Source: Actinomycetes bacterium
GTDB taxonomy: Bacteria > Actinomycetota > Acidimicrobiia > IMCC26256 > Chersky-534
Reading direction: 5' to 3'
NCBI GenBank assembly: GCA_025463865.1
Contig: JAODBH010000085.1
Location: 2,390 to 66,389 of the forward strand
Length of the DNA stretch: 64,000 bases
This document shows, piece after piece, positions 26,742-34,340 of this stretch; the stretch's first letter is position 1; each line of letters starts with the position of its first letter. A program made the position numbers and the translations under genes. The notes beneath the pieces were generated by a model. That model saw only the letters and a program-made list of their open reading frames with translations. It ran no database searches and was not told where the DNA came from.

Positions 26742-26762
26742 CGTCTCGATCCTGATGAACGT

Positions 26763-28055
26763 CTATCGAGCTCCCGGGTGCCGGTCGTGCAGAGTGGGAG
26801 CTCCCCGGGCATCCGACCGGCGAGCGGCGAGTACGCCGAAGATCGCGGCTGCGAGCGCGGCGATGCCGCCGATGACGAGTGGCGCGCGCGCACCGACGGA
26901 GTCGGCGATAGCGCCCATCAGCAGCGAGCCGAACGGCGTGGTGCCGACAATGAGCACCGTTTGGATCGCGAGGACGCGTCCGATCATGTTGCGATCGGCG
27001 CGGAGTTGGGCGATCGCAGTGGTCGAGGTCATGTAGGCGACGCTCGCTGCGCCGACCGCAACCGCCAGCACGACTGCGGACACGACGTTCGGCACCAATG
27101 CCATCGCGACGCTCGTGACGCCGAGCGCGGCGGACCCAACGGCGACGCTGCGGATGGAGACGGTCGTGCGCCGGGCCAGTACGAGCGCCCCGACGAAACC
27201 ACCGAAGCTGAAGGCCGAATACACGAGGGTGTAGGCGCCGTCGCCGCCGTGCAGGCTCTTCTCGATGAAGAGCGGGAACACGACGATGAAGTTGTAGCTG
27301 ATGGTCCCGACCACGAGGAGCATCACGAACGTGATCCAGAGATCGGGTACGCCGGTGATGTAGCGGAGCCCGGCCCGGATCTGCCCGGCGGCACGCGGCG
27401 TCACCTGTACCCGTCGAAGCTCTGAGGCGCGCATCATTCCGAGCGCGGCCAGCACCACGAAATACGAGAGCGCGTCGATCGTGAAGCACCAGCCGTAGCC
27501 GACGAACAGGATGAGGAGCCCGGCGAGGGCTGGACCGCCGACCCGGGCGAGGTTGTTCATGGCGCTGTAGAGCGTCACGGCGTTGGGAAGGTCTTCGACC
27601 GGCACGAGTTCGTTGACGAGGGAGCGCCGCACCGGGCTCTCGACCGCGAAGAGGCAGCCGCCTACGACGGCGACGCCGTAGAAAGCGGCGAGCGGCGCGT
27701 GGGGTACGAAGGCGAGGGCTGCGAGCGCGTACGACGGCACCATCTCGAGAGCCTGGGTGTTGGCCCTGAGGGTGCGTTTGTCGTAGCGGTCGACGAGGAC
27801 GCCGGCCCATGCCGACAGAACGAGCGTGGGTCCGAACTGGCATGCGGAGAGCAGCCCTACCGAGACGCCGCTGCCGGTCCGGTGCAGGATCAGGAGGGTC
27901 AGGGCGACGATCGTGAGCCAGTTGCCGACTTGCGAGATCGTCTGGCCGCCGAAGAACAACCGGAAGTTTCGGGATCGGAACGACGCGAACGTCCGGTGGG
28001 CGAAACCGAGCTTGGGTATCGCAGCCGACGTGTCGCCTTCCGGAGCGGGGCGCAT
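26763..28055 (-). CDS. MFS transporter (EntS/DUF894-like efflux family)
   Basis: 430 aa from ATG 28055. FRSRNFRLFFGGQTISQVGNWL, VLVDRYDKR, 12 predicted TM segments. Its start overlaps the MarR stop (TGATG). Confidence 0.9.
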   Translation of the reverse strand: MRPAPEGDTSAAIPKLGFAHRTFASFRSRNFRLFFGGQTISQVGNWLTIVALTLLILHRTGSGVSVGLLSACQFGPTLVLSAWAGVLVDRYDKRTLRANTQALEMVPSYALAALAFVPHAPLAAFYGVAVVGGCLFAVESPVRRSLVNELVPVEDLPNAVTLYSAMNNLARVGGPALAGLLILFVGYGWCFTIDALSYFVVLAALGMMRASELRRVQVTPRAAGQIRAGLRYITGVPDLWITFVMLLVVGTISYNFIVVFPLFIEKSLHGGDGAYTLVYSAFSFGGFVGALVLARRTTVSIRSVAVGSAALGVTSVAMALVPNVVSAVVLAVAVGAASVAYMTSTTAIAQLRADRNMIGRVLAIQTVLIVGTTPFGSLLMGAIADSVGARAPLVIGGIAALAAAIFGVLAARRSDARGAPTLHDRHPGAR

Positions 28056-28492
28056 CAGATGCCTTCGGCCAACCGCTCCATCAGAGGTACGGCCGTCGCC
28101 AACTGTTCGAGCTCGCGGCGAGTGAAGCCGTTGGTCAGGACCTGGGCCATGCGTTCGTCGCGTGCACTTCGCCGGTTCCGCAGGACCTTCCCGGCGAGCT
28201 CGGTCGCCGACACGAGGGTCTGCCGGCCGTCGTCGGAGTCGGGGCGACGCTCGATGAGACCGCGGGTCTCGAGCGCAGCGAGGATTGCGCCCATCGACTG
28301 CGGGCTGATCTGCTCGAGCTTCGCGAGCGCGGTGGTCGTCGTCGGCCCGCCGCGGTCCAAGCGGGAGAGGGCCGACGCCTCGGACAACGTGGGCTCGCCT
28401 TCGATCGGCGTCTGCCTGACCCGCCGGATGAGCACTCCGACCGTGATCCGGATCGCGCCGGCGAGCTCTTCGACGTTGATGCTCTTCGCCAT
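28055..28492 (-). CDS. MarR-family transcriptional regulator
   Basis: From ATG 28492: MAKSINVEELAGAIRITVGVLIRRVRQ...LSRLDRGGPTTTTALAKLEQISPQSMGAILAALETRGLIERRPDSDDGRQ (winged HTH). Confidence 0.9.
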   Translation of the reverse strand: MAKSINVEELAGAIRITVGVLIRRVRQTPIEGEPTLSEASALSRLDRGGPTTTTALAKLEQISPQSMGAILAALETRGLIERRPDSDDGRQTLVSATELAGKVLRNRRSARDERMAQVLTNGFTRRELEQLATAVPLMERLAEGI

Positions 28493-28493
28493 A

Positions 28494-28527
28494 TACCAAG
28501 TGTAAACTACAAAGTATTGCCTTGGTA
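28494..28527. promoter_or_regulatory. AT-rich inverted repeat abutting the MarR start (candidate operator/promoter; possibly leaderless mRNA)
   Basis: TACCAAG-N20-CTTGGTA, with a ~30% GC interior (tgtaaactacaaagtattgc) in a ~70% GC genome. On the sense strand TACACT lies ~6 nt before the ATG and there is no Shine-Dalgarno. Confidence 0.45.
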
Positions 28528-28719
28528 CCGAGCCGACGTGCCTCGTCGCCGTTCGCAACGACTCACGGGGAGCGTCTCGGTTTCGGTCCCGATGTGCCCG
28601 CGTTGCGCGTCGAGGCCGACCGTAGCTCCGCCGCGAGATCCATCGTCACTGCGAACGGTTCGTCGAAGTGCTCCGCGAGCGGACGACCGTCCTTGAGACG
28701 TTTTCCCAGGTCAACCGAG

Positions 28720-28802
28720 TGCCCGGGGAGGGAATCGAACCCTCATGCCCTTGCGGGCCGGCGGGTTTAAGCCGCCTGCGTATGCCGTTCCGCCACCCGG
28801 GC
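28720..28802 (-). tRNA. tRNA-Leu (anticodon UAA)
   Basis: Reverse strand: GCCCGGG TG GCGG AACGGCATA CGC A GGCGG CTTAAAC CCGCC GGCCCGCAAGGGCAT GAGGG TTCGATT CCCTC CCCGGGC A. 7-bp acceptor, long variable arm, canonical T-loop, CCA not encoded. Confidence 0.9.
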
Positions 28803-28827
28803 CTCCCCGCAGCGTACGAGCCACGGC

Positions 28828-29331
28828 TCACGCGGCGGACCGCACGGACACCGCGGAGGCCCGGGCGTCGGCCGGCGGTGCGGCCGTCACGTCGGTCGGG
28901 CCCGGCCCGGAGGCAGCGGGCTCGGCGACGGTCAGGTCGATGACGACGGTCTCCCCCGAGACCGCGTGCTCCCCGGAAACCATCCGCTCGCCGGAGACCA
29001 CGCGCTCCTCGGAGGTCACGCGCTCCGGGGGGATCGCGACGCCCGAGCGGGCGGGCGCAGGGTCGACCAACGCCTGACACAGCGCGGCCCGCATACGCAG
29101 GGCGGCCTCACCCTGCAGCCGGTTGGCGACGAGCACCCCTTCGATCATGTCGGCCGCGACCCGGTCGAAGGGCCGCTCCCGGAGCTGGACGGCCACCACG
29201 CAACCGCCCGCCATGCGCCGGATCGTGCGGGGCGCACCGGCCACGCGCGGTGGGCAGCGGAACGCGGGTGGCACGAGGCCCGCGGCGCGGGCGACCTCCG
29301 TGAGGGTGCGGGCCGTGCGCGCGAAGCACAA
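28828..29331 (-). CDS. Hypothetical conserved-looking protein with C-terminal heptad repeats
   Basis: Within ORF 28828..29523. High GC3 over LCFARTARTLTEVARAAGLVPPAFRCPPRVAGAPRTIRRMAGGCVVAVQLRERPFDRVAADMIEGVLVANRL. Start uncertain (TTG 29331 up to 29523). Confidence 0.5.
   Translation of the reverse strand: MCFARTARTLTEVARAAGLVPPAFRCPPRVAGAPRTIRRMAGGCVVAVQLRERPFDRVAADMIEGVLVANRLQGEAALRMRAALCQALVDPAPARSGVAIPPERVTSEERVVSGERMVSGEHAVSGETVVIDLTVAEPAASGPGPTDVTAAPPADARASAVSVRSAA
28948..29031. repeat. Imperfect 21-bp coding tandem repeat (~4 units)
   Basis: Encodes ERVTSEE/RVVSGE/RMVSGE/HAVSGE on the minus strand. Confidence 0.6.
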
Positions 29332-29538
29332 CGTCGGCGGTTCCGGTGATGGGAACGACGATGCCGACGGCGGGGCCGACGGCGGGGGTTGCGGAGAGGA
29401 TGCGCGGGACGGGGTCACGGATGCACGATCCCACGGAGGTGTGACACGTATCGGGGTCGGGTCCGCCGACACGCGCGGACCGCGCGCTCGCAGCAGGAAA
29501 TGCGCGCGCTCCGGCGGTTGCAAGCCCTACCGTCGGGC

Positions 29539-30903
29539 ATGGGTCGGCTCCGCGCGTTCTCGCATCCCGACGACCGCGCCATCCTGCGGCTCGCGGTGCC
29601 GGCCTTCGCCACGCTGATCGCGGAGCCGCTCTACGTCCTCGCCGACACCGCGATCGTCGGGCGGCTCGGTACCCGCCCGCTCGCCGGGCTCGCGGTCGCG
29701 GCCGCGGTCCTCACCACGGTCTTCTGGCTGGTGAACTCGGTGACGGTCGCGTCAGCCGGGCTCGTCGCCCGCCGGTACGGACGGTCCGACGAGCGGGGCG
29801 CGGCGGAGGTCGCGGTGAGCCTCGCCTGGTTGTGCGTCGCGCTCGGCGCCATCCTGCTCGTGGTCTTCGTCGCGGTTCCGGGCCCGGTCGTACGGGCATT
29901 CGGAGCGTCGGCCGGGGCTGCGCCCGACGCCGCCCTGTACCTGCGCATCAGTGCGGTCGGCCTGCCGTTCCTGCTCTGCACCGCGCCCGCGCTCAACTAC
30001 CTGCGCGGCCTGCAGGACACCCGTACCCCGCTCCTCATCACCCTCGCCGCCAACATCGTCAACATCGTCCTCGAGGTCGTGTTGGTCTACGGCTTCGACG
30101 CCGGCCTGGCCGGCTCCGCCTGGGGCACGGTGATCGCCCAGGTCCTCGCGTTCGGCGCCTACGCCTGGGTGACGGTGCCACGCGTGCGCTCGACCCGCGC
30201 CGCGCGCCGGCCCCGGTCGCGCGACGTGCGGGAGATCGGCCGACTCGGCGGCTACATGCTCGTCCGCACCCTGGCGCTCACCGCCGCGCTGACCGGCTCG
30301 ACGGCGATCGCGGCACGGATGTCCGACGTCGAGGTCGCCGCACACCAAGTGGTGCTCCAACTCTGGCTGCTCTCCGCGCTGGCTCTCGATGCGATCGCCA
30401 TCGCCGGCATCGCGCTCATCGGCAAGCGGATCGGCGAGAACGACCGCGAGCGGGCGGAGAGCGCCGCCCGGCGGATGATCCGCTACGGCGTGTGGATGGG
30501 CATCATCATCGGCGTGGTCATGGTGGCGACTCGGCAGTGGCTCCCCGGCATCTTCAGCGACGACCGTGCTGTCCAACACGCGGCGCAGGGGGCGCTCCTG
30601 GTGTCGGCATGCATGCAGCCCTTGAGCGGCTACGCGTTCACACTCGACGGCATCCTCCTCGGCGCCGGCGACACGCGGGCGATGGCGGGCCTCATGCTGC
30701 TCAGCCTCGTGCTCGTGTTCGTCCCCGCGGCGGCGATCATCCTCGCCACGGGCGCAGGGCTCACCTGGCTCTGGGTCGCGATCGCGGTCTGGGTCGCCTC
30801 CCGCGCCGTCGGCCTGGCGTGGCGCTATCACGGCGCCCGCTGGCTCGTCATGGAGGTCCCGACCGACGCCGGCCCGACCGGAGCGGCAGTACCGACCGAC
30901 TAG
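29539..30903 (+). CDS. MATE-family efflux transporter (DinF-like)
   Basis: ATG 29539 within ORF 29389..30903. DRAILRLAVPAFATLIAEPLYVLADTAIVGRLG, 12 TM segments, second-half repeat AAHQVVLQLW. Confidence 0.9.
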   Translation: MGRLRAFSHPDDRAILRLAVPAFATLIAEPLYVLADTAIVGRLGTRPLAGLAVAAAVLTTVFWLVNSVTVASAGLVARRYGRSDERGAAEVAVSLAWLCVALGAILLVVFVAVPGPVVRAFGASAGAAPDAALYLRISAVGLPFLLCTAPALNYLRGLQDTRTPLLITLAANIVNIVLEVVLVYGFDAGLAGSAWGTVIAQVLAFGAYAWVTVPRVRSTRAARRPRSRDVREIGRLGGYMLVRTLALTAALTGSTAIAARMSDVEVAAHQVVLQLWLLSALALDAIAIAGIALIGKRIGENDRERAESAARRMIRYGVWMGIIIGVVMVATRQWLPGIFSDDRAVQHAAQGALLVSACMQPLSGYAFTLDGILLGAGDTRAMAGLMLLSLVLVFVPAAAIILATGAGLTWLWVAIAVWVASRAVGLAWRYHGARWLVMEVPTDAGPTGAAVPTD

Positions 30904-30914
30904 CTTCGAAGCCC

Positions 30915-32339
30915 ATGGCGCTCCCCAAGCAAGCCGACGATTTTCCCGCGTGGTACCAGGCGGTCGTGCGTGACGCCCAGATGGCGGAGAGCTCGCTCGC
31001 CCGGGGCACGATGGTGATCAAGCCGTGGGGCTACGCGATCTGGGAGGCCATCCAGCGCGCGGTCGACGACCGCATCAAGGCCACCGGCCACGAGAACCTC
31101 TACTTCCCCACGCTCATCCCCGAGCGGCTCCTGCAGCAGGAGGCCGAGCACGTCGAGGGCTTCGCACCCGAGGTGGCGGTGGTCACCCACGCGGGCGGCG
31201 AGCAGCTCGCGGAACCGCTGATCCTGCGGCCCACGTCGGAGACGATCATCTGGGACACGTACTCGAAGTGGGTGCAGAGCTACCGCGACCTGCCGCTGCT
31301 CTACAACCAGTGGGCCAACGTGTTCCGTTGGGAGATGCGGCCCCGCGTGTTCCTGCGCACCACCGAGTTCCTCTGGCAGGAGGGCCACACCGCGCACGAG
31401 ACCGGTGAGGAGGCGATGGCCGAGACGTTGCGGGTGCTGCACGAGGTCTACGTCGACACCGCGCGTGAGGTCCTGCGCATGCCGGTGATCCCCGGCCGCA
31501 AGAGCGCCGCGGAGCGCTTTCCCGGCGCGGTCGAGACGTTCACGATGGAAGCGCTGATGCGCGACGGCAAGGCGCTGCAGGCGGGTACCTCGCACTACCT
31601 CGGCCAGAACTTCGCCCAGGCCTACGACGTGACCTTCCAGGGCCGCACCGGCGAGGTGGAGTACGCGTACGCGTCGAGCTGGGGCGTCAGCACGCGCCTC
31701 ATCGGCGCGGTGATCATGGCCCACGGCGACGACAAGGGTCTCCGCCTGCCGTCGACGATCGCACCGGTGCAGGTGGTCATCGTGCCGATCTACAAGACCG
31801 ACGACGAGCGCGCGAGCGTGCTCGAGGTGGCCAACGGGATCGCACGCGGCCTCGACGGCGTGAAGGTGAAGGTCGACGACCGCGACGAGTACCGCCCGGG
31901 CTACAAGTTCAACGAATGGGAGCTGAAGGGCGTGCCGGTGCGGATCGAGCTCGGGCCGCGCGACATCACCGCCGGAAACGTCACCGTCGCCCGACGCGAC
32001 CTCCTGACCAAGGAGACGTGGACGATCGAGTCCGCCGCGGCACGCGTCCGTCCCCTGCTCGACGAGATCGACACGAACCTCTACACGCAGGCGCTCGAGT
32101 TCCGCGAGGAGCACACCGCGCGGCCCGAGACGTACGAGGAGCTCCGTGACTTCCTGAAGGCCGGCACCGGCTTCGCGATCGCGGGCTGGGACGGCGATCC
32201 CGAGACCGAGGCGAAGGTGAAGGCCGACACCAAGGCCACGATCCGTTGCCTGCGGCTCGAGACCGGTGGCGTCGAGGGCACGTGCATCGTCTCGGGTAAG
32301 CCCGCCGTCGAGGAAGCCGTCTTCGCCCAGGCCTACTGA
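30915..32339 (+). CDS. proS: Proline--tRNA ligase (archaeal/eukaryote-like short type with C-terminal Zn-less domain)
   Basis: ATG 30915. FPAWYQAVVRDAQMAE, RPTSETIIW, FRWEMRPRVFLRTTEFLWQEGHTAH, GTSHYLGQNF, SWGVSTRLIGAVIMAHGDDKGL. Confidence 0.95.
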   Translation: MALPKQADDFPAWYQAVVRDAQMAESSLARGTMVIKPWGYAIWEAIQRAVDDRIKATGHENLYFPTLIPERLLQQEAEHVEGFAPEVAVVTHAGGEQLAEPLILRPTSETIIWDTYSKWVQSYRDLPLLYNQWANVFRWEMRPRVFLRTTEFLWQEGHTAHETGEEAMAETLRVLHEVYVDTAREVLRMPVIPGRKSAAERFPGAVETFTMEALMRDGKALQAGTSHYLGQNFAQAYDVTFQGRTGEVEYAYASSWGVSTRLIGAVIMAHGDDKGLRLPSTIAPVQVVIVPIYKTDDERASVLEVANGIARGLDGVKVKVDDRDEYRPGYKFNEWELKGVPVRIELGPRDITAGNVTVARRDLLTKETWTIESAAARVRPLLDEIDTNLYTQALEFREEHTARPETYEELRDFLKAGTGFAIAGWDGDPETEAKVKADTKATIRCLRLETGGVEGTCIVSGKPAVEEAVFAQAY

Positions 32340-32345
32340 GAGCTG

Positions 32346-32951
32346 CTATTCCAGGAACTTCGCCACGAGATCCTGGCCGCGGACCCGCCACTCCTCGGCG
32401 GTGATCGCGTAGCGGATGTGGTCCTCCCACACGCCCCGGATCTGCAGGAGACGGAGCGCGGTGCCCTCGTCGCGCAAACCCAGCTTCTCGGCCACCCGAC
32501 GGCTGGGCGCGTTGCGGGGCACGATCGCGGCTTCCACCCGGTGCAGGCGTAGCTCGTCGAACGCGTACCGGAGGACGAGCACCACGCCTTCGGGCACGTA
32601 GCCGTTCCCCGCCTGGTCCTGGTCGATCCAGTAGCCGACCGACGCCGACTGGAACGGGCCGCGCTGCACGGTGCCGAGGCTGATCTCGCCGACGAAGCGG
32701 CCGTCGCGCAGGAAGAGGCCGAAGCCGTAGGCACTGTCGAAGTGGCGTTGACGGTCCCACGCTCCGCACCGGGCGCGGTAGGCCTCGACGTCGAAGGCGG
32801 GATCCGGCAGCCCGCGATCGGGAAGTGGCTCCCACGCCTCGAGCCAGGTCCGGCTCCTCTTGCGGACGTCCGCCCAGCCCGGATGGTCCGCGAGTGTGAG
32901 CGGTCGCAGCATCACCCGGGTTCCGAGCAGGCGGCCCCAGCTACTGGTCAC
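32346..32951 (-). CDS. GNAT-family N-acetyltransferase (RimJ/RimL-like)
   Basis: C-terminal part of ORF 32346..34331. VMLRPLTLADH, GEISLGTVQRGPFQSASVGYWIDQDQAGNGY, LRLHRVEAAIVPRNAPSRRVAEKLG. Start GTG 32951 or GTG/ATG 32915/32912. Confidence 0.8.
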   Translation of the reverse strand: MTSSWGRLLGTRVMLRPLTLADHPGWADVRKRSRTWLEAWEPLPDRGLPDPAFDVEAYRARCGAWDRQRHFDSAYGFGLFLRDGRFVGEISLGTVQRGPFQSASVGYWIDQDQAGNGYVPEGVVLVLRYAFDELRLHRVEAAIVPRNAPSRRVAEKLGLRDEGTALRLLQIRGVWEDHIRYAITAEEWRVRGQDLVAKFLE

Positions 32952-33152
32952 GACCGGACGCCGTTCGGCGCGCGCAGCAGCAGATCGACATCGCGAGGAT
33001 CGGGTGACGGCCGGGAACGAGCACGGCCGCATTGTAGGAGGGGCCGGAGGTTTCCACTCGGGGGGCGTCGGACCGACCCGCCGGACCCCGCGCGGACGTC
33101 CGGTGGACGTCCGGGTCGGCGCGTCGTCGGCGTGTGTGCCAGGCTCCGGGCT

Positions 33153-33809
33153 GTGTCCGTCGATCGTGAGCCCGTAGCCGACGGCGTCCCTGTCGAGGAC
33201 GCCGCGTCGAGTGCGGAGACCGCACCCGATCCGGCGAGCGACCGTCTGGTGTGGATCGACCTCGAGATGACCGGCCTCGACGTCGACCGCCACGTCATCG
33301 TCGAGATCGGGGTCCTCGTCACCGACGGCCAGCTCGAGGTGATCGACGGAGGCTTCGACGTCGTCGTCCACCAGCCGCCCGAGGCCCTGGCCGAGATGGA
33401 CGACTTCGTGCGGCGGATGCACACGCGGTCCGGGCTCCTCCCGGCGATCGAGGCGTCGACCCTCTCGTTGGAAGAAGCCGGCGCGCAGGCCCTGGAGTAC
33501 ATCCGCACGCTGGTCCCCACGCCGGGAGTCGCGCCCATGTGCGGCAACTCGATCGGCACCGACCGGCGCTTCCTCTCGGCGCAACTGCGGGAGCTCGACG
33601 ACTACCTCCACTACCGCAGCGTCGACGTCTCCTCCTTCAAGGAGCTGTGCCGCCGCTGGTACCCCGACGTCTACGCGAAGCGGCCCGACAAGGGCGAGAC
33701 GCACCGCGCCCTCGAAGACATCACCGAGTCGATCGCGGAGCTGCAGTACTACCGCGCCCACATGCTGCGCGCTCCCGAGCCGGGGCCGGAGCGTGGCACC
33801 TCCGCTTAG
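33153..33809 (+). CDS. orn: Oligoribonuclease
   Basis: GTG 33153. LVWIDLEMTGLD, CGNSIGTDRRFL, HYRSVDVSSFKEL, HRALEDITESIAELQYYR (DEDDh). Confidence 0.9.
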   Translation: MSVDREPVADGVPVEDAASSAETAPDPASDRLVWIDLEMTGLDVDRHVIVEIGVLVTDGQLEVIDGGFDVVVHQPPEALAEMDDFVRRMHTRSGLLPAIEASTLSLEEAGAQALEYIRTLVPTPGVAPMCGNSIGTDRRFLSAQLRELDDYLHYRSVDVSSFKELCRRWYPDVYAKRPDKGETHRALEDITESIAELQYYRAHMLRAPEPGPERGTSA

Positions 33810-34225
33810 CGCAACCCGTCGGCCTTCTGGCTGCGCATCATCGGCGATCGCGCCGCCGACTCGAACAGCACGGGCTCCCACGCCATCAACAGGAACGAGA
33901 GCTCGCGTTCGACCAGGTCGGCTACGACGAACCCTCGCGCCAGCTCCGCGGCGGCGCGGGCGACACAGGTGGTGGGGGCGTCCGGAAGGTTCACGCCGGC
34001 GCGCGTCGCCGCCTCGAGCACGGCCCGGGCCGCCCGCTGCGCGGCCTGCGCGGCGCGGCGGGTCCGATCGGTGCGCCGCAGTGCGCGATCGATCGCCATG
34101 GTGGCCCGCCAGGCGTCGACCTCGTCCCCCTGGAAGGCGGTGAGCCGCTCGAGCCCGACGGCGACCCGATCCAGATCGGAGGCCGACATCGCTTCCAGTG
34201 CGGCAGTGAACGCAACCGTGTCCAT
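33806..34225 (-). CDS. Hypothetical helical protein
   Basis: From ATG 34225: MDTVAFTAALEAMSASDLDRVAVGLERL.... High GC3, no recognisable motif. Confidence 0.5.
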   Translation of the reverse strand: MDTVAFTAALEAMSASDLDRVAVGLERLTAFQGDEVDAWRATMAIDRALRRTDRTRRAAQAAQRAARAVLEAATRAGVNLPDAPTTCVARAAAELARGFVVADLVERELSFLLMAWEPVLFESAARSPMMRSQKADGLR

Positions 34226-34340
34226 ACGGGGTTCTCGGCAGCGCACGGGACGAATTGGAGGGCTTTCCGGGCCCGATGCCACGGGAGCGGCCATGGCCCG
34301 CGGCCACGGAGCGCGCGTGCGAAGGGTCCACCGCACCGGA

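Larger units (their letters stand above)
26191..28773. mobile_element. Putative degraded tRNA-Leu-integrated islet (MarR + MFS cargo, no intact integrase)
   Basis: Bounded by the direct repeats 26191-26244 and 28719-28773, the latter inside an intact tRNA-Leu. The interior holds two coupled genes plus ~0.5 kb of ORF-poor, visibly lower-GC DNA. Confidence 0.4.

Noticed and set aside
26255-26768. 9-bp direct repeat CGTCTATCG with adjacent GAGCTC at both ends of the ORF-poor region, as possible MITE termini or target-site duplication
   Set aside because: A single 9-mer recurrence within ~500 bp is not statistically compelling. The right copy includes the MFS stop codon. The supposed inverted repeat is only the palindromic GAGCTCGA.
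26386-27843. 485-aa minus-strand ORF overlapping the MFS gene
   Set aside because: Wrong frame of the MFS gene (Arg/Pro-rich, no TM pattern). The 26763..28055 frame gives a clean 12-TM MFS protein.
28560-28716. ~50-codon open frame on the minus strand starting right after the tRNA-Leu 3' end (SVDLGKRLKDGRPLAEHFDEPFAVTMDLAAELRSA...)
   Set aside because: It has no start codon or RBS and no recognisable family. It could be a gene remnant of the putative island, but I cannot support a call.
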